Shown: positions 1 through 14,349 of the stretch, piece by piece
Layout of the letters: every line of letters begins with the position of its first letter
How positions within the stretch are numbered: the stretch's first letter is position 1
Assembly (NCBI GenBank): GCA_013265495.1
Contig: MU058658.1
Location: 247,059 to 311,058, forward strand
DNA from: Vicugna vicugna
Taxonomy: Eukaryota
Direction: 5' to 3'
Length of the DNA stretch: 64,000 nucleotides
The notes under the pieces: generated by a model
Seen by the model: only the letters and a program-made list of their open reading frames with translations
Told to the model about the DNA's origin: nothing
Databases searched by the model: none
Position numbers and translations under genes: made by a program

Positions 1-436
1 ATACACACACACACAGAGGTTAACAACATTCCTCCCACCAATACCAATATCCTATTTCCTGTAGGAGGGGATCAGCCTCCTCTTCTGTCCACTGGGACAG
101 GACCTGATTCCTGACCTGATTCCTGATTTCCCCGTCTGAGTTACCATCAGACGGAGAGCCTGTAGGAGGGGATCAGCCTCCTCTTCTGTCCAATGGGACA
201 GGACCTGATTCCTCCCGGGGGATCCTACCTTGTCCGGACGGCCACCTGGTGAGTCTGTCCATCCCTTCACGGAGTCTGGCTCTGGTTGTAGCCCAGCCAC
301 CTGGGGGGGCCGAGTTGCCATCACGAAAGAGAACCCGGAATACCGTCAGGCGTCGCCACCTCGTTCGCTGCCGGAGTCCCGTCCCCCGGTCGGCCGGAGC
401 CACCAGTCCAGCGGCTCAAGGGGCCAGCGTGGTTGT
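1..436 (-). mobile_element. ERV 5' leader with stem-loops (probable packaging region) and an internal direct repeat
   Basis: Follows the PBS. Hairpins CCGTCTGA/TCAGACGG (132-154), AGGAGG/CCTCCT and CTGTCC/GGACAG. A ~54-bp direct repeat lies at ~59-113 and ~160-213. Confidence 0.7.
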
Positions 437-454
437 ATCTCGCTGGGGCCTCCA
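437..454 (-). other. Retroviral primer-binding site, tRNA-Thr(UGU) type
   Basis: TGGAGGCCCCAGCGAGAT is complementary to the recalled 3' end of mammalian tRNA-Thr(TGT), ATCTCGCTGGGGCCTCCA. Confidence 0.8.
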
Positions 455-458
455 GAAA

Positions 459-890
459 TGTTACGGAAATGACAGGCCAGCCAAGAAACAAGCACCACTC
501 GGAGGGTTGGAGTACTCAGATTTATTACGCCGGCGGGCTCAGAGGGGCTTCTGCTCCAAAGCTCTGAGCACCTCCAACACGTATGCATGAGGTTTTATAG
601 GGTTAATTACAAGCTTGGGGTATTTGGCCAATAGGCATGGAACAGCTTTAGCAACATCATTATCACAAAAGTAGAGGCAGGGAGGCAGCAAACCAACATT
701 TCGAGGCCAGATATGTCTCTTTGAAAATCCAGCTGGCTAGCAAAAAAAACATGAACAGGGAATCAGCAAACCCACAATAATTAACTCAGATTTACAAGTT
801 AGCCCAGCAGAACTCAGATCAGTAATCCGACACTTGTTACACTTAGATTTGTGAGTTAGCTTGTTAGCTCAGCTGGGCTTTTCCTTCACA
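459..890 (-). mobile_element. 5' LTR of an endogenous retrovirus; provirus continues off the left edge
   Basis: Minus strand begins TGTGAAGG (890) and ends GTAACA (459), with TATAAAA (593-599) and AATAAA (521-526). A primer-binding site follows 4 nt downstream. Confidence 0.9.
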
Positions 891-1197
891 CAGAGACCCC
901 TTCAATGTAATGATGAGAAAACTTAAGTGCAGGGAAGTCAGGTGACTAGCCCAAGCCCATATTCTCAAGTTAAGGGCAGACCCCATCTTTTTGTCCTAAC
1001 TTCTCAGAATACTACCCATTATACTGCTTATAAAAACCTATCAATTTGGTATTGGGGATGCCATTTTCAGAAAACATATTCTCCCATTTTGATTATCTTT
1101 GCTCCCTTCAAGCATGGGTTATTTCATATTTTGTGATGTTAATGTTATGATAGTAATAATAGTTCTTGAGCGTGAACCATGAGGTGGGCACTTTTTA

Positions 1198-2665
1198 AAT
1201 TTAGTTTTTTTATTGAGGTATAGTCAGTTTACAATGTGTCAGTTTCTAGTGAAAAGCACAATGCGTCAGTCATACATGAATATATATATATATACTCATT
1301 TTCATCTTTTCACCATAAGCTACTACAAGATATTGGATATATTTCCCTGTGCTATACAGTATAAACTTCCTGATTTCCCCGTCTGAAATACCATCAGACG
1401 GAGAGCCTGTAGGAGGGGATCAGCCTCCTCTTCTGTCCAATGGGACAGGACCTGATTCCTCCCGGGGGATCCTACCTTGTCCGGACGGTATTTTATATTT
1501 ACCAGTCAGTATCTGTATTTATCAGGTATTTTATATATAACAGTCAGTATCTGCAAATCTTGAACTCCCAGTTTATCCCTTCCCTCTCCCCCCCTCGCTG
1601 GCAACCACAAGTCTGAACTCTATTTCTGTGAGTCTGTTTCTGTTTTATATATAAGTTCACTTTAAAAAAAAAATCCGCATATGAGTGATATACCATATAG
1701 TATTTTTCTTTCTCTTTCTGGCTTACTTCACTTAGAATGACATTCTCCAGGGACATCCGTGTTGCTGCAAATAGCATTATTTTGTCACTTTATGGCTGAG
1801 TAGTATTCCATTGTAAAAATATACCACATCTTTATCCAGTCATCTCTCAATGGACATTTAGGTTGTTTCCATGTCTTGGCTATTGTAAATAGTGCTGCTA
1901 TGGACATTGGGGTGCACCTATCTTTTTGAATTAAGGTTCCCTCTGGATATATGCCCAGGGGTGGGACTGCTGGGTCACATGGTAAGTCTGTTTTTAGTCT
2001 TCAGGAATCTCCATACTGTTTTCCATAATGGCTGCACCAAACTGCCTTCCCAACAGTGTAGGAGGGTTCCCTTTTCTCCACACTCTCTCCAGCATTTATC
2101 ATTTGTGGACTTTTGAATGATGGCCATTCTGACCGATGTGGACTGATACCTCATGGTAGTTTTGGTTTGCATTTCTCTGATAATTAGCGATATGGAGCAT
2201 TTTTTCGTGTGCCTAATGGTCATTTGTATGTCTTTATTGGAGAATTGCTTACGTAGGTCTGCCCATTTTGGGCTTGGGTTTGTTTTTTTCTTATTAAGTC
2301 ATATGAGCTGTTTATACATTCTGGAAATCAAGCCCTTGTCATTTTCATCTTTTGCAAATATTTTCTCCCATTCCGTAGCTTGTCGTTTTGTTTTGCTTAT
2401 CATTTCCTTTGCTGTGCAAAAGCTTGTAAGTTTAATTAGGTCCCATTTGTTTATTTTTGCTTTTATTTCTATTCCTTGGGTAGACTGCTCTAGGAGAACA
2501 TTGCTGAGATGTATGTGAGATAATGTTTTGCCTAAGTTTTCTTCTAGGGGATTTATTGTGTCTTGTCTTGTATTTAAGTCTTTAAGCCATTTTGAGTTTA
2601 TTTTTGTGTACGGTGTGAGGGAGTAATATAACTTCATTGATCTACATGCAGCTGTCCAGTTTTGA
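1198..2665 (-). mobile_element. 5'-truncated L1 (ORF2 C-terminus and 3' UTR)
   Basis: ORF2 remnants ([25 protein letters not shown]) and a T-rich tail. 16-bp TSD AGGTGGGCACTTTTTA at 1182-1197 and 2666-2681. Confidence 0.95.
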
Positions 2666-2855
2666 AGGTGGGCACTTTTTATGTAAATAACCATGAGGTC
2701 CAAGGATCCTGCAAAGAGGTCACAGTGGAGCCATGGTACCAGGATTTTTCAAGCACTGAATGTTGAGAGTGCTGAGCCATGTCCCCAAAGTTTCTTTTTC
2801 TGTAGGTCTGGGTAGGGCCACAGAGCTTGTATTTTTTTGTTTTTTGTTTTTCCGT

Positions 2856-2937
2856 TTTTAATAGAGGTACTGGGGATGGACCCTAGGACCTCGTGCATGT
2901 TAAGCAAGCGTGCTACCCCCGAGCCACACCCACCTCC
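2856..2937 (-). mobile_element. tRNA-derived SINE (camelid-like)
   Basis: Matches the GAGGTACTGGGGATTGAACCCAGGACCTCGTGCATGCTAAGCA core that recurs across the window. Confidence 0.85.
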
Positions 2938-2999
2938 AGGGTTTCACGTCTCACAGGTTCCAGGTCCTGCGGTTGCCAGATTTCTAAGGGCGCGGCACT

Positions 3000-3760
3000 G
3001 CCCCCAAACCCACGGAGAGATTGGGACACTCCTCCCTAGGAAGAAGCGAAGCCCCGCCCCGTGCTGGGACACCTAGAGCTAAGTTATGCCGGGTCTCCCA
3101 GCTGGGCCGTCGCCATGGAGAAGGGAGACGGCGCACGCGCGTGGGCGCAGGCTGCGCATTAACTACGTTACCCAGAAGCGGATGTCTGCGGGGCTTCTGC
3201 CCCTGCTGCTGAGCCAATCACGTCCCAGAAGAGAGGCGGTTCCTGCGGCGTCAGGGCGGGACTTCCGGCCCAGCCGCATTAGAACATCCTTCAGCGAGCA
3301 GATGCTGGTTGGACCGCGACCACGTGAACTGGAGCGCTGCGCCGGGGCCGCGCCTCCCGGGCGGGCGGGGAGGGAGAGCGACGTGGCCGGGGGCACCTCT
3401 GCGCCGTGTCCGAGCCGTGACGCCCCAGCCCTGGCTCCTTCTCCGGGACGCTCCGTGACACAGTGTCCCCGACCGTGGGACAGGCGTCCTCGCGCCTCGT
3501 GTTTGCCGGGTGCCACCGGGACCGCAAGTTCTCCGGGGCCTCCTCACCCGCGCTTCGTGGCCAGGGCCCGCGAAGGCGGTGGCCTGGGCCTTGAGAGCAT
3601 TTGACGTCATTTTGCAGCGAGGTTCGGAGTGCGACACCCAGCCTGAGGTGACCCCGCCCTGGCCTCCCGCCTCTCAGGGCCCCACTCAGCCCCCTGGGTC
3701 CCGTGGCGGTGGCAGGTGCGGCAGCACTGATGAATCCGGCGCAGGTGAGTGGAGGTCTCT
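3000..3760 (+). promoter_or_regulatory. CpG island promoter of the first KRAB-ZNF locus
   Basis: CpG-dense. CCAAT 3214-3218, GC-box/ETS composite GGGCGGGACTTCCGG 3254-3268, CACGTG ~3321, CRE TGACGTCA 3602-3609. Confidence 0.8.
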
Positions 3761-4443
3761 CAGGGCCACATCTTCATGGTCACCGCCCCTCGCAGTAGCT
3801 AATGGTGGTGTCCTGGGACTTTGCCTTTCTTTCTCTGGGTTCTTGGTCGTGGAGTTTCCGGAGGGAGTCACTTCTGGCTCAGGGCGCTTAGTTCAGGCCA
3901 AGCATAGGCTCCTGTACTGGCAACCAAGGGAATAAATTCCAGAAGAGTGTCCTACTTCATGTGCACATACTCGCAGGTGTGACTGAGTTGGGAGTGATCA
4001 CTGTGTCTTACGGGAATAGAGCTCAGTAAGGATAAGTCAGGCCTGGAATCGCAGCCGGAGGAGCTAGAACGCCTTTCTGAAAGTTTGGACAGAAGATGGA
4101 GGTGGTATAACACAGATTTCATTCCATAGGTTTCCTCTGGCTGCAGAGTGGAGACTGTGGAAGTGAGGGAGGAGGCAGGGAGACCTGGGAGGAGTATGAA
4201 CTGACAGCCTTAAGGTCTGAGTCCTGGGGGTTTATGGGAGAAGGCTGAACCCATGCTTGGCGGTGCTTGGGAGGTATGGTCTGGATGGCACCAGAACTGG
4301 CTGGCAGAGTTATTGAGGCCCGTCATGCCTCAGTCAGCTTAACTAGTATTGCGTCTGTCCACCTGCCTGGTTTTGCTCTGGACTGGACACAGTGATCAGA
4401 GGAACATAAAGAGAGAGCAGGTGCTCTCTGATATCTCCTCTGA

Positions 4444-5170
<727 letters not shown>

Positions 5171-6044
5171 CCCAGTTTCCTGGGCTGAGTTTTGTTCTTC
5201 CCAAGGGGTGGCTTTCTCTCCATCTCACAGTTAACTGTGTCGCACACGGCCTCTTTCCCTGGTTCCCTGGACTAAGTAGGGTGAGTACCAGGGCTGGGCG
5301 CTGTGCACCACCCCCTCCTCTCCCAGAGCAGCCCCAACCTCTCCTGCCCCGAAGCTTTGAAATGAAGGATCTAGGAGTGAGAAGTCTGTCCATCTGTCCC
5401 TGCCCATCAGATCCCAGAAGGCCTGGCCGTTCCTTGGTGAGCTGACTGTCCACATCCCTGGCCTGTCTGTGCTCCAGGTTCCTTTCCTCTCATTTTCTAG
5501 GGTCTGACGTGGAATCGCAGGCATTGCTGTGGTTACTTGTGGAGAACACCAAGCTCTGCCTAGAAGCCCATTTCCAAGATTCTGTTTTCAGTATCTAATT
5601 TTTTTCTCTGTGGAGGGAGTTTCCCTGGGTCACCACTGCCCACTCATCCGCTCTTCTTTCCTGTTAGGACTTGCGGTTTCCAGGTCCCACAGGGTCACCC
5701 AGATGGAGGCAGAGGGGAGCCCCGGGTGCCTGAGAAGGTAGACACGGCTCCCGGCACCACGGAGAAGGCCTGGAGGGAGCCCGGCCCGGTGAGTGGAAGC
5801 TGCAGGAATCAAGGCTGGCTCCACTCCGTTCCAGTACCTTGTGCCGTGGCAGCTGGTGTTTTGATGCCAACACCGGCGACCCTCATCCCGCTTTGCCCTC
5901 CCCCATGTTGATGCTCTGCTCCCTTGTCGTCTCCTCTGACCTCAGGGACCTGTGTCCCACCCCCTTTCTAGTCCCACGTCTAACTTGTTCTTTTCTTGCT
6001 CCTCCATGCTGCGCTCTACTGGGTCGGGTTTTTGTTTTTCGTTG

Positions 6045-6161
6045 TTTTGAGGGGAAGGGGATTAACGTTTGTTTGTTTTTTACTGGAGGTACTGGGGATT
6101 GAACCCAGGACCTCGTGCATGCTAAGCAGACGCTCTACCCTTGAGCTATACCCTCCCCCTC
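6045..6161 (-). mobile_element. tRNA-derived SINE
   Basis: Same SINE core. Confidence 0.85.
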
Positions 6162-7282
6162 CAGCATCAGGTTTCTTTTTAACATGTCATGAGAAGTGCA
6201 CATACCTTTAAGTCTTCCTTAAACACTAAATCCTGTCTGTGGCCAGATTTTGCTGGCCCTGGAGAGGCCATTTTGCATAGCACTGCCCTGTCACAGGGGC
6301 CCTGTCACAGGGGACCCGGAGCCTTGCTGGGAAACCCGTTTGCAGACAGCGTGCTTCTCCTGCTCACTCTGAACCCTCTCCTTGTATCCTCCCCCTGCGT
6401 GTCTCCTTCAGTCTGCGACCCTCAGAGGCCCACCAACACACAGGAGCCCTTCCTCATCGCGAGTCTAGGATGTCCTGCCCACAGTCCCATGGCTTAGTCC
6501 CTGGTTGTCTTAGACACACGTTTGTTACAAAATGCCACTTGCCGCCAGCAGAACACGCGCCTCACCAGTATTTATCCGCCTCCAGGTTGTTGGCACGGAA
6601 TGGAGGATGTGACCACACCTTCTGAGCGGGGTGTTTCTGGGCGACCGTCACAGATGAGAAGGCCCAGGGCAGATTCTCGTGCGCGGAAGTCTCACCCCTA
6701 GGACAGGGGTGGCCCAGTCTTGAAAGACATGTTTGCCCCTGCTTGAGCCCCGGGGAACTCCATCTGGGCAGCGTCCGGGATCCAACATGCGAGGCCTGTC
6801 CAAGAGACTTGTGTGGTTCTACCCCGCCAGATGCAGAAGCGCACGGCCCGCTACGTCTCAGCTGCCCTTGGCGGCGGGAACGTCGCTCCGGGATCAGCTG
6901 GCTCGCAGCCAGACCCCCGGCTGGGGCACAGCTGGGAACAGCGAGAACCATTAGAAATACAGGAAGAGTGCGTGGGCCCGGGACGGCTTCCCGCCCGGAG
7001 TGTCTCCTCAGGAAGGTGAGCTCTGAGCACGGTGGGCGGGGACAGAGGTAGCCTGCCCTCAGGAAGTTTCCTCCAAGTCTCCGGGAGGTGCTTTTCATGA
7101 ACGGGACTCACGCGGACCGGATCCGGCGTCCCCGACGTAGGCAGGGAGGGCTCGCTGCAGGTGGGAGAAACGCGGGAAAGGCTTTAACAAGCGTGGGCGT
7201 GTTGTCGGACATCAGGTCACGCTGAAGGGACTGCCGTGAACGTGAGAACGCCTTTCTCTCTTCAGAAAATTCTTTTAAGTAT

Positions 7283-7494
7283 TTTTTTAGGGGGGGAGAT
7301 ACTAGGCTTATTTATTTATATTTGGAGGAGGTGCTGGGGAGTGAACCCAGTGCATGCTGAGCATGCGCTCTGCCACTTCAGCTATAACCTCCCCGTATTT
7401 ATTTATTTATTTTTAATGGAGGGACTGGGGTTTGAACCCAGGACCACATGCATGCTAAGCATGTGCTCTACCGCTGAGTTATACTCTCCCTCCT
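7283..7494 (-). mobile_element. Two tandem SINEs inside the dead finger exon
   Basis: Two SINE cores separated by T-rich tails, with finger relics on both sides. Confidence 0.85.
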
Positions 7495-7545
7495 GAGAAA
7501 GCCTTTTTTCAAGAGAGCAGATCTCAGTCAACACGTGAGGACTAA

Positions 7546-7731
<186 letters not shown>

Positions 7732-8819
7732 TAAGTGTTTTTTGACAGCTGTATATTTACTCATCACGTGAGGGTTCTCACAGGAGAGAATCCCTGAGGG
7801 CAGTGACTGTGGAAAGGCTTTCATTCACCCCATTTCTGTGTGGCCTAAGAGGAGCCACTGGAGAAAAAGCCTTTGAATTTTAGAATGTCGGAGGGCCTTT
7901 TGTGACAGTTCCTTGGTAACTCAACACGGAAAGCATCGCTCTAGGAAGAAACCTCGTGAATACAGTGACTGTGGACAGTCCTTCAGCCTCCATTCACCCC
8001 TCACCCAGCCTTGAAGCATTCATACTGGGGAGAAACCCGACGAGTGTACGAGATGGGGAAAGCCTTTTACAAGTGGACTAACCTCAGTCAACAGCAGAGA
8101 ACTCATACTGGGGAGAGACCTTTTGAATGTAACTCCTAAGGAAAATCTCCTGAGCAGCAGAAACATCGTATTCGGCATCTGGGAAGTTATACCAAAGAGA
8201 AACCCTGTGAGTGTCACTGCTGTAAGAAAATCTTTTGAGACAAATCACTTGTCAGCTCAAGAGTCATATTGGAAGTGGATGTATCCTAGGACTTGGCATC
8301 CTAGGAGAACTGATAAAGGAAAGAGAACCAGGGGCTATTGCGCAGTTTCAAAAATCTTTAGCTACAGCTCTGCCCCTTAGTATACACTGAAAAAGCAGCC
8401 GCGGGGATTTTAAAAAGCAAAATCAAAGGAGCAAGAAGAAAAGTGGATGTAACAGGAAAGGAAGTGGATTTGTGGCTTCTTTCGGGGTTTCCCAGACACA
8501 TTCAAGACGATTTATTGGTGGCTTTTTGTTGAGGTTGTTGGCTGGCAGGGGAGGAGTGACGTTTGAGAGGTAAACACCTGAATTAATATATCCTCTCCCC
8601 CGGGCCGTGTCAGGAAAGCTGGACGCTTCAGAGCAGCTCTGCAAATATTTTTTGAAACCCTTCTTGGTTATGAAATATCTCAACCATTCATTGATTTATG
8701 AAGCACTTAAAAGAAATGAGGATACTAAAAATATTGTCTAAAATATATCTAAGGAGATAAGGGCACCCTTATGAATGGGTATATTTTATTGTACTGCTTA
8801 AACCATTCAAGGCTTCATT

Positions 8820-10990
8820 TTTATTCATTCTTCATCATTAAGGTGTAACTGACATAACTAAGTTTCAGGTGCACAACATATTTAATTAATACATTTATAT
8901 TACAGGATGGTTGCCATTGTAGCATGAACCTTTGTTGTGCTGCAGAATTATCCCTTCTAGTGGTGGGAACAGTTAAGATCTAGTCTGTCGGCAGGTTTAA
9001 AGTTTGCAATGCAGTATCATTGTTTGTAATCCCTGTACTTTGTATTAGAACTCCGGGAATTATTTACCTACTAGTTGTAAGTACGTACCCTTAAACCACA
9101 TCTCTCCCATCCCCTCACTCCACCACCAGCCTTTGGTAACCATCATTCCATTCCATTTTCTCCAGTTCAGTTTTTTGTTTTGTTTTGTGTGAGATTCCAC
9201 ATATAAGGGATATTATACAGTATTTGTCATTCTCTGTCTGACTTACCTCACTTAGCATAATGTCCTCTAAGTCCGTCCATGTTGTCGTAAATGTCTGGGT
9301 TTCCTTTTTCCCTAAGGCTGAGTAGTATTCCATTGTATGCATATATATTTTTTTTTCTGTGTTCATCCATTAATGGACACTTAGATTGTTTCCGTACCTT
9401 GACTGTTGTGAACTACAATAAACACGGAAGTGCACATATCTCTTTGATAACCTGTTTCTATTTCCTTTGGGTATATACTCAGAAGTGGGACTGCTGGATC
9501 ATACGGTAGTTCTATTTTTAATACTTTGAAGAAACTCCATACTGTTCTCCAAAGTGGCTGGAGCAGTTTCCAATCCCACCAGCAGTGTACAAGTGTCCCT
9601 GTTCTCTCCTTCCTTGTCAACACTGTTCTCTCTTGTTTTCTTGATAACCATCCTTACGGTGTGAGGTGGTATCAGTGTGGTTTTGATTCGCATTTCCCTG
9701 ACAATTAGTGATACTGACTGTATTTTCATGTACCGAGTGGCCATTTGGATGTCTTCTTTCAAAAAATCCCTATTTAGTTCCTCAGTCCATTTTTAAACTC
9801 TGTTTAGTTTTTTGTTGTTGAGTTGTTTGAATTCTTTACAAATGTTGTCTGTTAACCCCTTATCTGATACATGGTTTGCAAATACTCTCTCCCATGCTGT
9901 AGGTTGCCTTTTTATTTTGTTAGTTGTTTCTTTTGCATTGCAGAAGCTCTTAAGTTCCATGTAGTCCCATTTGTTGATTTTTTTCTTTTCTTTTGTTGTT
10001 TGTGCTTTTGGTGTCATATCCAAAAAAATCATTGCTGAGACCAGTATCAAAGAGCTTTCCTATGTTTTCCTCTAGAAGTTTTATAGTATCACTGCTTCTG
10101 TTCAAGTCTTTGATCCATTTCAGGTTAATTTTTTGAGTTGTGTAAGATAAGGATCCAATTTCATTTTTCTGCCTGTGATTATCCAGTTTTCCCAACACCA
10201 TTTGTTGAAGAGACTTATTTTTTCCCCATTGGATGTTTTGGTTCCCTTATCAAATATTAGTTAACTGTATATGTGGGGGTTTAATTCTGGGTTCTCTATT
10301 CTGTTACATTGATGTATGTTTGTTTTTGTACCAGTAACATACTGCTTTAATTACTGTGGTTTTGTAGTGTAGTTTGAGATCAGGAAGTGTGACACCTCCA
10401 GTTTTCTCTTCCTTCTCATGATTGCTTTGGCTGTTTGTGGTGTTTTGTGGATCCATACAGATTTTAAAATAGTTTTTCTGTTCCTGTGAAAAAATGCCAT
10501 TGGATTTTGACAGGGATTATGTTAAATGTATAGATGACTTTAGGTAGCATAGACATTTTAAGAATATTAACTCTTCCAATCCGTGAACACAGGATGTCCT
10601 TCCATTTGTTTGTGTATTCTTTGATGTCTTTCAACCAAGTCTTGTAGATTTCATTGTACAAATCTTTCACTTAGTTAAATTTATTCCTAACTATTTTCTT
10701 GTTTTTGAATGGGATAGTTTTCCTTATTTCTTTTTTGTTTCTTTGTTAATGAACAGAAGTGCAACTGATTTGTGTGTTGATTTTATATCCTGCAACTTTA
10801 CTGAATTCATTCATTAGGTCCAACTTTTTTTTAGTTCAGTCTTTGGGGTTTTCAATGTATGAGATCATATCATCTGAAAATAATGACAATTTTACTTCTT
10901 TCTTTCCAATTTGGGTACCTTTTATTTCTTTGTCTTGCCTGATTGCTCTAACTAGGACTTCTAATACTATGGTGAATAAGAGTGGTGAGA
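8820..10990 (-). mobile_element. L1 fragment (ORF2 3' half and 3' UTR)
   Basis: Broken ORF2 peptides: [49 protein letters not shown]. Confidence 0.92.
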
Positions 10991-12239
10991 GAAGGCTTCA
11001 ATTTAAAACAAAGACAAACACAAGCCCTTTATTCATAGCGTTGTAAACATCCAGCATGCTCACTTTTCCTCGATCCCGATCTCTGTGTTTGTCTGTTCTT
11101 TTTTTTTCCTCTGAGCCCTGATGATGGTTAACTAGCTGTCCTGTCTTCCCTGAGGATGAGTCCTCATTCTTTCATCTGACTGGCTTTTTCACTTTTAAAA
11201 ATCTTCTCTTGAGGGTTTCTGCAAATCCACTTCAGTTGTTTTCTAGGGGTTGAATTAGGGCTGAAACAAACAGTGAAACACCCATCCCACAACGTTGTAA
11301 ATCAGCTATACTTCAATTAAAAAAAGAGGGAAAAAAACACACATTCAAGTTAAATTCATGATAACCTTACAGAAACAAAACAAAACATGGATAAGGACCC
11401 CACTGTTTAATCTTACAGGACTGCCAAATGTTGATATAAAGAAAAGTGATTGGAAATTACCAGAAGGATGATGACGGCCACACGCAGGTTTGTGCGGGGA
11501 CGTGTGGGCTTCACACGTACCCGATGGGCTTATTTCCTCGGTCCTTGCATCAGGAGGGGGCATTCTGAAATAGCTGTCTGGGATTATCTTTGAGGCTGAA
11601 CTGCATGAGATGATCATCATTACCTCGTGTTAAAAAAATACATTGTGCATTTTTTAATATACAAACCATCACATCCTTTACTATGAACCCTCCTCAGAGC
11701 CGTGTCAATAAGCACAGGTCTAGTTTTGCATCATTTCTGCATCACTGTTGTGAGCTGGGGCCGTTCCATAGTGCTTACCACATTTCATTATGCATGCATT
11801 TCTCTGTGAGTCTGGAACTTTGCTATTTATATTGACAGTATGCTTAGCTTTCTATTATTTGGAAAAGAGAGTTGCCTCTGAAGGGCCCCTCCCTCCTGGG
11901 CAGTGGTTCTGGTTAGACCAGTAGCTGAGCTCCCGGGTCTGTAAGAGTCAGAGAAATGCTCTCCTGCAGAGGATGTCTCTGTCCACAGCTGAGAGCTCTG
12001 CAGTATAACGCAGCACATTCAGAGACTGGGGCCTGCGTCCCTCCCAAGGCAATTGTGACATACTGTCCAGAGGGTGGAGGACTCTTGAGATCTGGACTCT
12101 CATTCCCCATTTCTCACCATCTGGTCCTCACTTCCGTGTTCAGTCAGAAGGGCCAGCTACGACCCTGCTGCTGCTTGGGCAAGAGTGATGAGACCCTGTT
12201 CATTGACGTGGCACACTGTGAGACGCTGAGACACCCAGA

Positions 12240-12610
12240 GCCCTGTGCAAACAGCAGAAATGATGAGACAGCCTCTCTCCTGGGTAGCATGGGTGACAGC
12301 TCTGTCTGTCTTCCACTAGCTGCTGCTCTCGTGCTGCTTCCTTCTCCTACCGTGTAAATAACAAATTGCAGGTTATCTGATCATACAACCAGCCCCACTT
12401 CCTGACAGCATCAAATTTAGAGCAAGGCTCTATTTCCTTAAGCCCTTCTGCTAATCACTGAACACAAGCCCAGAGCCTAGAAACAGTGTTAACATTTTCT
12501 TCCTGAGTGCCCCGCATTTCCCACAGTGTGGTAACCCACACTGCAGCACCCGGTAAATCTCACTCTTCCAAGACAGGTGTCAGATCCGTTCCGGGTGCTC
12601 GAGGGCATCA
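12240..12610 (+). mobile_element. Probable old ERV1-class solo LTR
   Basis: LTR-like composition by eye; family not assigned. Confidence 0.35.
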
Positions 12611-13561
12611 GCGCCACATAGCTGCAGACTCAAACTTCCCTGAATTCCAGACTGCACAGCCAACCAGGTACCAACATTTCATCTTAGAGTTCTGATACAC
12701 ATCTCAGACTGAATGAGTGCAACACCCAGTGCCTTATCTCAACCTGCCCCACTCTGTTGCCCACACCTCTTCCCTCTACAGCCACAGTGACTAATCTGGT
12801 TCTGGCACCAGCACACACTCTTGTCAGTCTGTCCTGACACCTGCTTTTTCCTTTGCTGGAGATGTTTTTCTCCCACGCTGACCCTGCCTGGGGATCCTGC
12901 CTCCTTCAGGGGTCTCCATATCAACCTTTCGCTCCTTTCTTCTTTGCTTCCTATGCTTGAGTTCAATGTCCATCTTCCTATTTTACACACAAGGACACTG
13001 AACCCCAGGGATAAGCGACATGACCATGGTTGTGTGGCTGGGGATGGGCACAGTGCAGATCAGCCAGAATCCCAATCAATCCCAACTCCAAGCTCTCAGC
13101 CCCTAGGTCACTCTGCTCCCTCCATCTTGGCCCTCACACCCCCACACCTTGGTCCTTCCTTCTCCTGTAGTTCTGGGGCTCCCAGACACATGTCTGTCAA
13201 AGCAACACTCTCTTTATGGCACCTGCTTCAGTTACTGCCTTCTCCACATGAAATGAGCTCCAGGTCAGGAGCTGCATCTCAGTCACCCACGTGTATGGCC
13301 TGTAAAAATGTATCCTTTTGACAATAGGCCTAACTGCAGTTTATGCAAACTTCCTGCATTTAATGTTTAAAAAGTATAGAATGAGACTAGAGGTATACAG
13401 GTGTGGTCTATGCAAAATTTTTAACCATTACCTACAACGCCCTTGGTGAGTCAGGGAGTGATTGTATTTTACATTTTAAAATAAATATGATCAGTGATTC
13501 TGCAAAGAGGAGCCTCTGACTTCCTCCTATAGCTGTTTTACCCACCAGGGTTCATGGACTC

Positions 13562-14012
13562 TGTAATCAATAGAAGTTTATAAGAGGCCAGAGGAGGAAT
13601 TCAGACATGCTTTATTGAGACTCTCGCTGCAGCCCCAGGGACTGAACACAAGTGTCAGTTTCCTTGCTCACTCCCTGAATAGGAGTGAGGGGGTGGGTTG
13701 CCCGAGCTGGTTCCTTAAATGGGGTGGGATAGGGTCAGTCAGTTGGGCCAGAAGGGTGGCTTACGTGGTCTGCGCGCCTCTTTGGTGGTGCTGTGTGTGG
13801 GGACCGTGCACAGTAACCTGCTTTTGCTCCGGGCATCTCAGAAGCAGCCGCTGGGTTTTGGCCTTTTTGTATCTTACTCATAATTTGCCCCAACTACCCA
13901 AGTATGCAGTTATTTTTAGTCCCTTACAGTTTTCTTTGTATTTTGTTGCTGGAGAAGACCTTTGTCCAAGTGCAAGCACCGCAGTAAAGGCCACCAGCTG
14001 CTAGCCTGTCTC
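13562..14012 (-). mobile_element. Solo LTR
   Basis: Minus strand runs TGAGACAGG...TTACA, with AATAAA near 13611-13616. Confidence 0.55.
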
Positions 14013-14349
14013 AGCTGTCACAACCTTGCGGTAACGATGAATAACAGCAATAATAGCGTGTGTGTGTGTAGCACTGGACCCTGTGCTAATAAGCACTTTT
14101 CATCTCACTTTCCATGAGGTAGGCTGTAGTATTTTCCCATTTTAGTTGCTGCACTTTGGGGGCGGGGAGGCGGTCCTGACTTTTAAGGAGAGTTCCAGTT
14201 CTCAAACTTGAGCTAGGGCGCCACCCCCCAGGGTTTCTGCGTCAGAAGGTGAAGGCTGGATGCAAGCACTTGGATTTTTCAGTCCATTCCTAAGTGATAA
14301 CCAATTTTGGCTATCAACCAGTTAAAGTTACATTTCATGTTCTTACACG

